The notes beneath the pieces are model-generated. The model had not been told where the DNA came from. It was given only the letters and a program-made list of their open reading frames with translations, and ran no database searches. Shown here one piece after another: positions 12,982 to 26,048 of a DNA stretch of 64,000 nucleotides. The stretch's first letter is position 1. Every line of letters starts with the position of its first letter. The position numbers and the translations under genes were made by a program. The DNA is from Malacoraja senta (taxonomy: Eukaryota): assembly GCA_038087875.1 (NCBI GenBank), contig CM075999.1:248001-312000 (forward strand). Direction: 5' to 3'.

Positions 12982-14209
12982 TAGGAGCACAACAGATATT
13001 TAAACGCAGTAGACATCATAGTAAATGACAAAAATAATTTCAATATGTAAAAAAAAAGTACAATGACATAAAACTATGCTGCCAAGTCCCTAGTGCAATC
13101 AAGGTAGTTTGTAGTTCAGAGTTTAGTTGGAGTGGATGTTTAATTGTCCTGGAAGTGACACACAAGTAGATAGGGTGGTAAAGAAGGTGTATGGTATGTT
13201 TGCCTTCATCAGTTGGGGCATTGAACATAAGAGTTAGAAAACAGGGCATTAGATAGACTGCATGTGGGGTATTGTGCATAGTTCTGATCACCCTGTTACA
13301 GGACCGATGTGTAGGCCTGTGTCCAGAAGAGGTTTACCGACGTGTAGGAGAGTGTGCAGAAGAGGTTTACCTAAAATGCTGCTCTGGTTAGAGGGTATTA
13401 GCTATAAGGAGAAGTTGGGCAAAATTGGATTGTGTTCTCTGGAGGATGAGGGGAGACTTGATAGCAATATATACAATTACGAGAGGCATAGATAGGGTAG
13501 ACAGCCAGAACCTTTATTCAGGATGGATGTTGGAGGGCATAACATTAAAATGAGAAGGTGAAAGCTTAAAGGAGATGTGCGGGGCAAGTTTTTAAAAAAA
13601 ATATGGAGGATATGCAGCTAGGGGTTGTGGTGGAGGCAGATACAATAGTGATATTTCAGCTTTCAGATAGGCACTTGGATATGCAGGGAATGGAGGGATA
13701 TGGATTACTTGCAGACAGAGGAGAAGTTTTACTTTGGGATCATGTTTGGCATGGACATTGTGGGCCGAAGGGCCTGTCCCTGCGCTGTACTGTCCGTTGT
13801 TCTTTGTCCTACGAATATGAGAAATGGGTAACGGGTATGTGTTCATTAAACATTTAAAAAAATATAGGTTGAAAATACTCCAACAAGAACTAAGCAAACA
13901 TTCAGCAAATTTCTATCTAAGATCCAAAAGCAAAATCAAAGAAGAAACGAGTTAAATAGCAGAATTAATCCAGAGTAATCCAGAGATGTGAGGAAACACA
14001 GAGAAGTACCAAATCTGCCTAATGTAATGGAAATGTTAATGAGGTGCCGCTGAAAATAGATGATATATGTGCAGTTGAAAATGGATGACCTTCAGATAAT
14101 AACAGAGGACTAAAGGTAGTACCTGAACGAGTTAATTGGAGAGACAGTAGACCAACTGCAGAGAATTGAAGGCAGACTTCAATGTAACAGCTTCATTCAC
14201 GACAGGAAG

Positions 14210-14409
14210 NNNNNNNNNNNNNNNNNNNNNNNNNNNNNNNNNNNNNNNNNNNNNNNNNNNNNNNNNNNNNNNNNNNNNNNNNNNNNNNNNNNNNNNNNNN
14301 NNNNNNNNNNNNNNNNNNNNNNNNNNNNNNNNNNNNNNNNNNNNNNNNNNNNNNNNNNNNNNNNNNNNNNNNNNNNNNNNNNNNNNNNNNNNNNNNNNNN
14401 NNNNNNNNN
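14210..14409. other. Assembly gap (200 N)
   Basis: Run of N. Confidence 1.
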
Positions 14410-15159
14410 AGCTTTCTACCACCCTCCCCTATACAATCAGTCTGCGGAAGGGTCCTGACTTGAAGCGTCACTTACCCATGTTCTCCAATGACGCTGCCTG
14501 ACCCGCTGTGTTGCTCCACCACTTTGTGTCTTTTTTCTGTAAACCAGCTTCTGCAGTTTCCCGTTTCTACAAGGAAATATACTGCTGGGATTCCAATTTA
14601 AAATTCAGCTCAGACAATGGATAGGATACATCCTTGAAATAATGAACTGTTGTTTAATGTGGATGTCCATGATTAAGAGGGGGGAGCACCGGCTGTCATT
14701 TGAAAGCTGAGGTGAGAGCGTTTAGTGTTATCATCTCACGCTCAGCAGCAATTCCACCAGTGGCATTGAAGTAAATAATCAATTACAGGAAGGTTAGATA
14801 AAAGCCACTTTATACACATTGATAAAATTCATGAACAACAATGATGCGACTCAGCTCTCTGTCAGACGAATTTCTTGCAGACAATTCAGACTGAAGGATC
14901 ATTAGGTGTTAGTTCCTCAGTGGTGCTGCTACAGCTGCTGCCTCACAGTGCCTGAGACACAGGTTCAATCCTGATCTTGGGTATTGTAAGTCAATGGCAA
15001 GTCAAATTTCACTACACCGATTGGTGTATGTGACAATAAATGTCCTTTGTCCTTTGTCTGTGTGGAGTTTGCACGTTCTCCCCGTCACTGCATAGATTTC
15101 CTCCAGGTGCATGTAGCACATGCACACACATGAACAAACACATGAACGAAGGCAAAACA

Positions 15160-15350
<191 letters not shown>

Positions 15351-15401
15351 TGTGCAACTTATAATTAGGACTCCACTATTGAAGGGGTTTACAGGACAAA
15401 T

Positions 15402-15515
15402 TGGGGTGGGAGATCGCAACCTTCATGTGGTCCACTAATGCAATCAACCCGCCGTTCACAAACAAATAGAACAAGTTGACCTACAACTTTAGGCGGTGCA
15501 CGCCATGCGCAAGAA
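15402..15515 (+). mobile_element. Short non-autonomous retroelement with an RTEX-type tail, 12-bp TSD
   Basis: Shares head and tail with 19341-19483 and 48978-49264. TSD tacaggacaaat at 15390-15401 and 15516-15527. Confidence 0.8.
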
Positions 15516-17039
15516 TACAGGACAAATGACCTGAGGAGAGCAGCCAATGTCAAACACCCACACCACTAGCCGCACTCTCTTCTTGCTGCAACCGTTGGAA
15601 GGAAGGTACAAGAGCCCGAGAACCATAACCCCTTGGTTTAAGAACAGCTTCTTCCCATCAACAATCACGTTTCATTTAGTAGTGAGATACAGGACCGAGT
15701 CTACACCAAGCATTGATCGCCCCTTCACACTGGTTTTACGTAATTCCACTTTATCTCCTCTACTTACACACAGGGACAATTTACAGAGGGCAATTAACCT
15801 ACAATTAACCTACAAACCTGCACGTCTTTGGGATGTGGGAGGAAACTGGAGCACCTGGAGAAAATCCATGCGGTCACAGGGAGAACGTGCAAACTCCACA
15901 CAGACAGCATCCAAGGTCGTGATTGAAGCCGGGTGTCTGAGGCTGTGAGGCAGTAGCTCTACCAGTTGTGCCACTGTGCCAACCAGGTTCTTGAACCACC
16001 CAGCACAATCCCAACCACAATTCTCCGTCAAACCACCTCAACCCCACTGAACCATTGTGGACTTAACAGCACGACGGTTGCTCTGCATACTTTGTCTTTT
16101 GCACTATCATGGTCTAGTTTACTAAGAATAACTGATAATTTATAGTTGATTTATTGTTGTTGCTGTTGCATCTAATCTGCCTGTAAAAGCCACAACAGAT
16201 AAGAATTCCATTGTTCTAGTTAATATCTAGTGCATATCATAAATTAACCCCTCGCCCTATCTATTGTACTTGAGGCTGAACTAATTGCATCCAAGTATGG
16301 TACTTCTGATCTGTTTGGATAACATGCATAACAAATCTTTTCACTGAATCTTGGTACGTGACAATAATAAACCTAAACCTTAACTCTGGATCTTAAGAGA
16401 AGAATATCCAAGCTCTTTCAGCTGAATTTATATTGTTTCATAACTTTGCAATGCACGAAAATTAAATAGTGAAAATCAATTTTGATCTGAAACATTAACT
16501 CTGTTCCACTTCCCACAGATCAGGCCTGACCTGCTTAGTATATCAGCATCTTGTATTTGTATTGGTAATCATAATTAAATATACTGAACCTTAGAAATTT
16601 CTCCAGCACCAACTTCAGACTGGCACTTCCAGAATTCCTTGTTTTTTTCCAACAGAAAAGCTATACTAGAACTTCCCATTACAGGAAGGATGTGGAGGCT
16701 TTGGAGAGGGTGCAGAAGAGGCTAGTTGTAGAAACAAAGAACTGCAGATGCCGGTTTATACCAAAGACAAACACAAAGTGCAGGAGTAACTCAGCGGGTC
16801 AGGCAGCATCTTTGGAGAAAAGGGATGGGTGACGTTTTGGGCAGAAGAGGCTTACCAGAATGCTGCCTTGATTAAAAGGCATTAGCTAAAAGGAGAGGTT
16901 GGACAAACTTGGATGATTTAAAATGATGAGAGGCAGTTGTACAAGATTTTGGTAAGGCCACATTTGGAGTACTGTGTTCGGTATTAGTCACTCTGCTGTA
17001 GGAAAGAGGAAAGAGTGCAGGGAAGATTTACAAGGATGT

Positions 17040-17300
17040 TCTCGCTCTCTCTCTCTACACCTCTCCTTTTCTTCCCCCTCTCTCTCCAGTCCTTCTCTTT
17101 CCACCTCTCTCATTCTTGCACTGTCTATCTCTGCTGCTCCCTCTGTCTTTGTCCCTGCTGGTCTCACTCTTTTTCTTTCTCCCTCTCTTTTCCTGCTCTC
17201 TCCCCGTCTCTGTCTGCCTGTGTCTCTCTCTGTCCCTGTCTCTGTCCCTGTTTCTGTCCCTGTCTCTCTCTCTCTCTCTCCATGTCTGTCTGCCTCTTCC
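17040..17300 (+). repeat. Pyrimidine-rich low-complexity tract (TC / TCTGTCCCTG)
   Basis: Base composition. Confidence 0.9.
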
Positions 17301-19340
17301 TCAACACATAGATGGAAGAAACTGAAACAGATTTAGATATCTTACTTCTATGTAAGAATATAATTGGAATTAATAATGGATTAAACAGTATATATTCCAC
17401 TCACATCACAGTACAGCAAGGACAAAGGAAGGTAACAGCATGAGACAACGTAACAAATGTGGGATTACGATAAGACCTTTTCTACTATTAGGAATCAAAA
17501 ATAAATGATATTCGGTAAATTCTTCCACCAACATATCAATCCGCACTTTGCAGCAAAAAACAAACTGCTGTCGGAACTCAGCGGGTCAGGCAGCACCTGC
17601 GGAGGGAAATTGACAAACCACGTTTAGGGTTGGGACCCTTCTTCGGATTGATGGTGTAGGGAGGAGATATCTGGGAAAGAGACATGAAGGGAAAGAGTGG
17701 GGCCAGAACTGGCAAGTAATGGGCAGATCCATGATTCAGGCAAGGAGAGGTGGAGATAGTAACAAAGGCTAGAGATGAAAAGCGCCCTTTATACAACTGG
17801 GTACTTCCCGCAGGTAATATCCCAGTGAAGCTGCAGGCAAACAAAACTAAACTAAATATAACCATGATGGATGTGAGTTGGGGATGAGTCACTTATATAA
17901 CACTTTGGCATTTCTGATGACTCAGTCTTGGAAGAATTATAGTGTTCATTGTTGTGACGATCTCATGTATTTGTCAACTATTTCCTGCCAGAACTTCAAA
18001 CTCCAACTCAAGGACCACTCCTTCTTCTCCCCTAACCCATCAGGCAAGAGGTACAGTGGTTTGAAAATGCACATCTCCAGATTCAGGGACAGTTTCTTCC
18101 TAGCTGTTATTGGGCAACTGAACAACCCTCTCATCGGCTAGAATCTAGAGTAAAGCACAAAATGCTGGAGGAACTCAGTGGGTCAGGCAGCATCTGTGGT
18201 GGAAATGAACTGCCAACATTTCAGGTTGGGACCCTTTTTCAGACGTTCTGGCCCAAAACATGATCTGTCCATCTTCCCCCACAGATATTGCCGGACCCTC
18301 TGAGTTTCTCTAGCACTTTATGCCACGTGACAATGTTATGTTTATTTGCTAAATTAAATAGCACTAGTTTTTAGGGTATTATCTCCTTACATATTTGATG
18401 CCATCAATGTTGATAATGAGAGACCACAAGAAGAGGTTAGTGTGAGATTTGCACAGTGAACAAAGCCTGTCCTCCAGTAAAGCCGGCTTATAAAAATATG
18501 ATGGAGATATTTTAGAATATTATTATAAAAATATTCCCTACCTTCCTCCCATTACACTTTCTGTATCGTGAAGTCCTGAAAGGTGTGCACAAGATGGATT
18601 ACTCATTTATCCCCAGAAAAAAAAAATCAGTATTACAGTTCCCAATAGAATCATAGATTGGATTATTAGAAATTAGATCAGATCAACTTTTGCCTTCTTG
18701 AAAGCAGGACACAGGAATTGGGTCAAAGCTTGAAACTCGCTGTTTAGAATGTGACGCAACATAATGCAGCAGAGAGATGATGTTTCTTAGTTTCACCCAC
18801 CAGCTTCATATGTTTAGTGTCAAAAACAAGATTGCAATGCGGAGAGAAAAGTTCCTTATAGAATATTTTTCTAGTAGCATATATAAAATATGGTGATGAT
18901 TCAGCACAATGCTTAGAACATAGAAAGGTGCAACACAGGAACTGGACCTTTGGCCCACAATGTCTGTGCTGGATATGATGGCAAGACAAACTCAATTAAA
19001 CAAATGTAGCTTTGATAGCTACACCTGTGCATTCACAATGAACATAGTGCACAGAACAGCACAAGAACAGGCCTTCGGACCATGTTGTCTGTGCTGAACA
19101 TGATGGCAAGACAAAGTCTTATCTGCCTGCACATAATCCACATCCATCCATTCCCTCAATAGCCAAAAATCTTTTAAATGCCATATTGTATTTGCCCCAA
19201 TCACCACCCATGGCAGCACATTACACACATTCACCAACCCATCTGTGTAAAAAACCTGCCCTGCACATCTCCTTTAAAACATGTCCCTCTCACCTTAAAG
19301 CTACGCCCTCTAGTATATGGGTTCTCTGTTTTCCTCCCAC

Positions 19341-19483
19341 ATCTCTTCTTCTTCTTGCGTACGGCGTGCACAGTCTAAAGTTGTAGGACAACTTGTTCTA
19401 TTTGATCTTATTTGATTGTGCACGCCAGGTTGATTGCATTCGTCGAAACAGGGTGGTCCACGTGAAGGTTGCAATCTCCCACC
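19341..19483 (-). mobile_element. Short non-autonomous retroelement with an RTEX-type (AAG)n tail
   Basis: Homologous to 15402-15515; flanked by cctcccac direct repeats. Confidence 0.8.
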
Positions 19484-22400
19484 CCTCCCACTGGTAGGTT
19501 AACTGGCGATTATAAATGGCCGGGACACAAGAGACTGCAGATGCTTGGATTTTGAGCCAAACATAAAGTGCTGGAGAAACTCAGCGGGTCGGGCAGCATC
19601 TGAGGAGGGAAAGGACTTAGTGTTTTGAGTCAGGACCCTTCTTCATATTAGGGGGATGGCAAGAGAATCTTGGGAGGGTTGCTGGACATATGAGAGGGAA
19701 TAACTTACATGGGAATGGTGAACAAAATTCATGAGATTGATCTATTGGAGAGGGTGGGGCATTTTCCTTGGGCTGTAGGAAGGTGAGGGGTGACCTTATA
19801 GAGATGCATTCCTCATTCAAGAGCATAGATACAGTGAATGGTCACCGTCTTTTACCCAGGGTAGCGGTGTCTAACACTAGAAGGTGCATGGGTTTAAGGT
19901 GCGAGGGTAAAACATTTAAAGGAGACCCGAGGGGCAACATTTTCACACCGGTGGTGGTGGGTATATGGAATGAGCTGCCAGAGGAAATGGTAGAGGTATC
20001 ATGATCATGTTTAAAGGACATTTGGACAGGTAGATGTATAGAACAGATTTAGAAGAACATGTTTAGATAGTCATCTTAATTGGCACAGACTAGTTGGGCC
20101 AAATGGGCTGTTTGTGAACTGTATAACTCAGTGACTATTTTCTTCCCCTGGACCATGCATATTACATTTCTATTTTGTTCTGCTCATAAATTAATAAAGT
20201 GATATTGATGATGAAGGATCTGAATCTGTAAAGTAGTGGTTTATGATGCAGATAACATATAATTTCATATTCCAATCACTGCAGGGTTTGACCTATTTCT
20301 ACATTGGCCATTTGAGGTTCCCAAGTATTTAACACAGCCTATCATTAGTTAGACTTGACCTTGGACATTTAGGTTTTATATTCCTTGTGTGCTATTCACA
20401 AGTTAATAACATCGCTTCGAGGAAAACGAGGCATCAGGGACCTGATCGTACAGGAAAAGTAACTGTCTCTGTTTTACCAAACAGCAAAAGGAGAATTGAA
20501 AATAAAGTTGGATTGTTTTCTCTGGATGTTTAGAATTCTAATTTTTAGAATTAAAATCTTCAATTTTAAATGATCAGGTATATTACGAAAAGATTACCAA
20601 AGTTTAAAAATAAAATGTATTCATTCAAAGCTGCCAACCCCCCCACCTGCCAATCCACCCCCCCCCCCCCCTCACCTTTATCCACATCAGTGAAATGAAC
20701 AGTCTGGAACTAAGAGGGCAGTAAAAAAATTAAAGTGAACAAATTCAATATAAAATCAGGTACAGAAAGGGAAATATAGAGAGTAAAAGAATATTAATAC
20801 TGTCAGAGAGAAAGAAATACAAAAGATGCGACACTGTGGTGCAGCAGTAGAACTGCTGCCTTACAGTGCCAGACACCTGGGTTTGTTCCTGACCACGGGT
20901 GCTGTATGTACAGAGTTGGGACATTCTCCCTGTGACCGTGTGGGTTTTCTCTGGTACTCCGGTTTCCTCACGCACTCCAAAGACATACAGGTTAGTAGGT
21001 TAATTGGCTTCTGAAGAATTGACTTCTGAAATAAAGAAATATAAGTATGCAAGTCTGTAAAATTTCCTGCATTAAATATCTGAAGAAATGAAGCACGCCT
21101 GTTGGAGTCAATTTTCAGTCTGGATGAATGGACAGGCAATGTTTCAAGACGGGACCTTTCTTCTGACTGATTATAGTGGAGGGACGAAAGCTGGAAGAGA
21201 GGTGAGGATAGGACAAAACCCAGCAAGTGATAAGTGGATAAAGGTACAGAAGTTGGATGTTATGTTATGTTACAGCTGTGTTGTTGAGTGTTGTTATTGG
21301 GATGTTATGTTACAAAGTGCTGGTGAGGCCATAGTTGTAATATTGTTGTGGTCACCCTGCTATAGGAAGGACGATGTTAAGCTGGAAAGAGTGCAAGTCT
21401 AATTAGATGACTCAGCAGTTCTGTCTTATAACAGTATCAATTACTAGCTTTTGATTTTCACTCTGGGTGTACTGTTTTGTTCGATATTCTTTTCTCCATC
21501 CAGATGGCATGAGATTGCTTAAGGGCCGCACATGCAGAGAGAATGATGAGAGAAATTGCAGAGAGAATGAGTTGTAAGCTTTAGGTTTGTGTTTAGGTTT
21601 ACTTCATCCATAAGGCACCTGGTAAAAAGGCTGTGGGAAGAATCAAAGTACTGCAGGTGGTGGATGATGTGCTGAAAGATCAGTGATCTGAAAGGTCACT
21701 GCCTCCACAGGTGCTGCATGACTGGTTTTTATCCATGGCTGTTTCATCTTTGGGTCAGTGGCTACACTCTTGCCTCTGTACCAAACTGTCCACAAGAAAC
21801 AGGACAATTGCACTCCATCCAATTAGCAGTCGTTGGTTTCCTCTCTAACACCATCGGAGTGAAGGAAGCAGCAATTATTCTCCAGCAGAGACGTTTGTTT
21901 ATTTCATCCACCGGCCTCGAAGTTTATTGTCAAAAACAAGATTGCTATAAGGAGAGATGAGTTCTTTATAATGTATTTTTCTAGTAGAAATATGGTGATC
22001 ATTCACACGTACGATGCAGCACAGGAACTGGCCCTTTGGTCCACAAAGACTGCACCGAACATGATGGCAAGACAAAGCCAATTAAACAAATGTAAATTAA
22101 CTGATAGCTTTCACTCGCGCAATCATAATAAGCATTGAGCACAGAACAGTACAGCACAAGTACAGGCCTTAAGCCCACATTGTCAGTGCCAAATATGATG
22201 TCTGCACATAATCCACATCCATCCACATCCACTTACTCTTCAGTCACTTGCTCGCTGAAGTCCAGGCTTGCTTTGACTTATCTCCAGACCTCATCCAAAC
22301 ATGGACCAAAGAGCTGATTCCCAGAGGTGAGGTGAGGTGAGAGTGGTTGACCTGCGTATCAAGGCAAAACTGAAGTCAATGGGCCTCAAGGGCAAACACT

Positions 22401-24704
22401 CCAGAAATTGGAGTCTGACCTTGCACAAAGGAAGGGGGTTGTAGTTGGTGGATATCAATCATTCCCAATCCCAGCACTTCACCTGCAGGGACAGTGGAGC
22501 ACATTCAATCATCTTCAGCGGCTTCATTAGTCTCTTCACTTTACTTTAGAGATACAGCGCAGAAACAGGCCAACCAGCGAGCACCCGTACACTAGCACTA
22601 TCCAACACAGTAGGGACAATTTTACAATTTTCTACCAATTTTTTAATCTACAAACCTGGAGTGTGGAAGGGGACTGGAGCACCCGGAGAAAATCCACGCC
22701 GACACAGGGAGAACGTACAAACCCCATACAGACAGCACGATAGTCAGGATTAAACCTGGGTTTCTGGCGCTGTAAGGCACTTTGTTCAACTCCATCGCTG
22801 CGCCACCGTGGCACCCTCATTTGAGGAAGGACGTTTTTGCTGTGGATGGAGTTGAGCAAAATTCACCAGACTGGGATAGCAAAACTGATGTATAGAGGGA
22901 TACTGGGACAAATAGCTTTATATGCACCAGAGTTTTAAAGAATGAGAGGAGACCATGTTTGTGATCAGACAATTAGCAGACATCTTAGTATAAGTTGAAA
23001 AAGGAATCTGCATTATGTTTCCAGCATTGTTACAATATGTTACAAACATATTTTCTGAACTAATTAGTAAATCAGGCAAGTAAAATTATATTGATCACCA
23101 GAAAATATTTAGCATTTTTTTCCTGGTATAATTTATTAAATGTTCTGTACAATTACCAGCATTAATGCTAGTATATTCAGTATTGGGGCAGTAGAGTGGC
23201 TGTCACACAGTGCCTGGGACCCAAGTTTGTAGGGTAATTGACCTATGTAAACAAACAAATTGCCCTGAATGTGATGATTCACCCGTTCACCCTAATTCTA
23301 TGTTATTCCCTCTTTCCCATTCACTCCGTAAACACGTGGGACAATTTACAAAGGTCAATTAACCAACAAACCTTCACGTATTTGGGATGTTGGAGGAAAC
23401 TGGAGCAAACAGGGGAAACCCATGCAGTCTCACGGAGAATGTGCAGACTCCACACAGACAGCACCCGAGGTCAGGATTGAACCCAGGTGTCTGGTGCAGT
23501 GAAATAGCAGCTTTACCAGCTGCACCACTGTGCTGCAAATGACCACTTTTATGTAATGATTTTAGTCCTGATAAAACTTGTAGCAAGGTTACTAGGAGGC
23601 AATGTGAGTGTTAATAAAACATGCATGGACCAATTAAAAGATACATATCAATAGGAAATCAGGTTGAGACTTGCCCATGGGAATGCCAGGACAGGTGTGG
23701 TGTAGCCACCTGTTCACGGAGTGAGGTTGCAGAGAAACCTGATGGTGAATTACTATATATGGAAACAATTTAAAGATCTTCTCGACACAACCTTCGTACT
23801 CCACTTCATGACCGCAACTGCTCACTGCTACACACAGCAATCTAAAATCTAAGAGTGTTTTGACCCATTATGGTTTGGATTTTCTTGAAATAAAAATTCC
23901 ATGATTTACGGCATTTCCCAGGTCCTGTTGAAAAGCACTCGAAAGCACGTACCATCAGATTATAGAACAGGTTCTTCCATGCTGTCACCAGACTGCCGTA
24001 AGGTTCTCCCATAAACTAGCGTAGTCCCAATCCTCCAACCTATCTTATTGCGCACATTGGGCTCTTCCCCTGGAATTTAGTTTTTGTTAGTTTAGAGATA
24101 CAACGCGGAAACAGGCCCTTCAGCCTGCAAAGTCCACGCTGACCAGCGGTCCCTGCACACTAACACTGTCCGACACACACAAAGGACAATATACAATTAT
24201 AACAAGCTAATTAGCCTACAAACCAGACATCCTGGTGAAAACCCACGCAGAACAGGGGGAGAATGTACAAACTCCATACAGATAGCACCCATAGTCAGGA
24301 TTGAACTCGAGTCTCTGGCACTGTAAGGAAGCAACTCTACCAATGCGCCACCGTGCTGCCCTTGTATTGTAATTGTAATACTACAATGCTAAAAACTATA
24401 TTACGCACTCTGGTATATTTTCCTTTGCTTTACCTTACTTGTGTATGGTTTGATTGTATTCATGTACAGTGATATCTTATTTACTTGGACAACATGCAAA
24501 CAAAAGCTGTTCACAATAATTCGGTACATTTGACAATAATAAACCAATACCAATGTGAGAATTGAGAATCCAAGATAATGTTGTTAGTCAGTTTTCCTTC
24601 AGATGATTTGACAAAATAACTTCTGAACCTGATCATCACATCCTGGGTCGAACACAAAACGCTTCTACAGCTTTCTCCCCCTTCCCTCCCCGTCCCCCTA
24701 CAAT

Positions 24705-25746
24705 TAGGTATGTTACAAAACTTACCTTCAGTCGCGCTGTAATTCTGCCACTGGCCGTGTGCGCGATTTTGGCGCCTTTAAGGGGGGGGGCGGGGTTAAA
24801 ACGCGGTTTCTCCTTCCCTGTCCTGGAAATATTTTGTTGGAGTACAAAACTTCGCTGACAAAATCGTTCTTACCGGCTTTTTGGGAATTAAAAAAAAAAA
24901 TTAAATCATCAATGTCAGCGCTACAGTCATTTTAAAAGCAGCTCCTGAAGCGTCAACGCCAATAACGGGGACGGATTTCACACAATGGATAGGTAAACGA
25001 AAGTGCTTTCTTTAAATGTATAAAAGTGCTTCTTAAGAAGCCTTTAATTCACATTTTGTCATGCGACACGGTGATTTTATTCCCCGAATTAACGGCAGTA
25101 TTTTTCATGCCAATACGGGGTTAAATTCACCGCAAATGAACGTTCCAAAAGATCGCGTTCCAGAAATTCTCACTCGCAAGATGATTTAAATGCCCATTAA
25201 TTTACAGGTATTAAACATTCAATTCCTTCCATTTGGCCTGTAAATTCATGAAAATTAGATTTAAAAATTATGTTATATTGTGAATTATTGTGTGAATGTT
25301 ATTTGGACACTTAGGCTATTTAAAAATGTTAATCTATTCTTAAGAAATTGATAGATGTTTAGATCTAGTAATTGAATTTTGTAATTAGCTACAATTAGGT
25401 AACTAACTAATTATATGCTTTACTTTCATGTCTTCGAAGTAAGATTGTTTCATATTTGTTTCAGAATGCTTCAATCTATAATACCTGAAAATTTCTTTCA
25501 GTTACCATAATGTTTAAGAAAGTTATGGGCTTTTAACTGTCCTCGATCACAGCTTTTGTGTTAAGTCAATGGAAAAGCAATAGGGAACAAGATGCTAATT
25601 TCTGAGTATGATAATGGCCATAACTTTTTTAATACTGAAGATATGAAAGTGAATTAAGTGTCAAATTAAACTTCTTTTTATGCTTTATCTGATGGGATAA
25701 ATTGCAGACTTTATTTTTTAAATCTCAAAATTTTGTAACATTGCTA
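24705..25746 (+). mobile_element. Non-autonomous DNA transposon (about 1.04 kb), TAG termini, 7-bp TSD (hATw-like)
   Basis: TIRs TAGGTATGTTACAAAA / TTTTGTAACATTGCTA. TSD ctacaat at 24698-24704 and 25747-25753. Confidence 0.85.
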
Positions 25747-25931
25747 CTACAATCAGTCTGAAGACAAAGTAAGCAAACCTTGAGAAGATTTAGCAGCGAA
25801 GCAGTAGAATGTGGATGCTGGTGTATCTCAGCAGGTCAGGCAGCATCTCTGGAGAACATGGACATGTTCCTCAGGCAAAGAATTTATATGTGACCGATAT
25901 TCCATGCATACTCTTACCCTGTAAGAACAAA

Positions 25932-26048
25932 TACACACACGCACACACACATAAACTTATACATAGACACACACACACACACATAAACCTATACATACAC
26001 ACACACACACACACACACATAAACTTATACATAGACACACACACACAC
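25932..26048 (+). repeat. Compound repeat [(CA)n-TAAACTTATACATAG] x3
   Basis: Three units visible. Confidence 0.9.

Larger units (their letters stand above)
4093..14209 (+). repeat. Recent tandem segmental duplication: 4093-7984 repeated at 10312-14209 (period about 6.22 kb), second copy running into the gap
   Basis: Near-identical collinear sequence, with many ORFs duplicated in the track and scattered substitutions and small indels. Both copies start at tatgaatatttaacacattg. Confidence 0.95.

Noticed and set aside
14132..14501. ORFs containing X runs
   Set aside because: Artefacts of the N gap.
16974..17400. Ser/Leu-rich and Glu/Arg-rich ORFs
   Set aside because: Translation of the low-complexity TC tract.
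21598..21640. Possible 28-nt minus-strand exon (cacag|CCTTTT...GAA|gtaaac)
   Set aside because: No partner exons or recognisable peptide.
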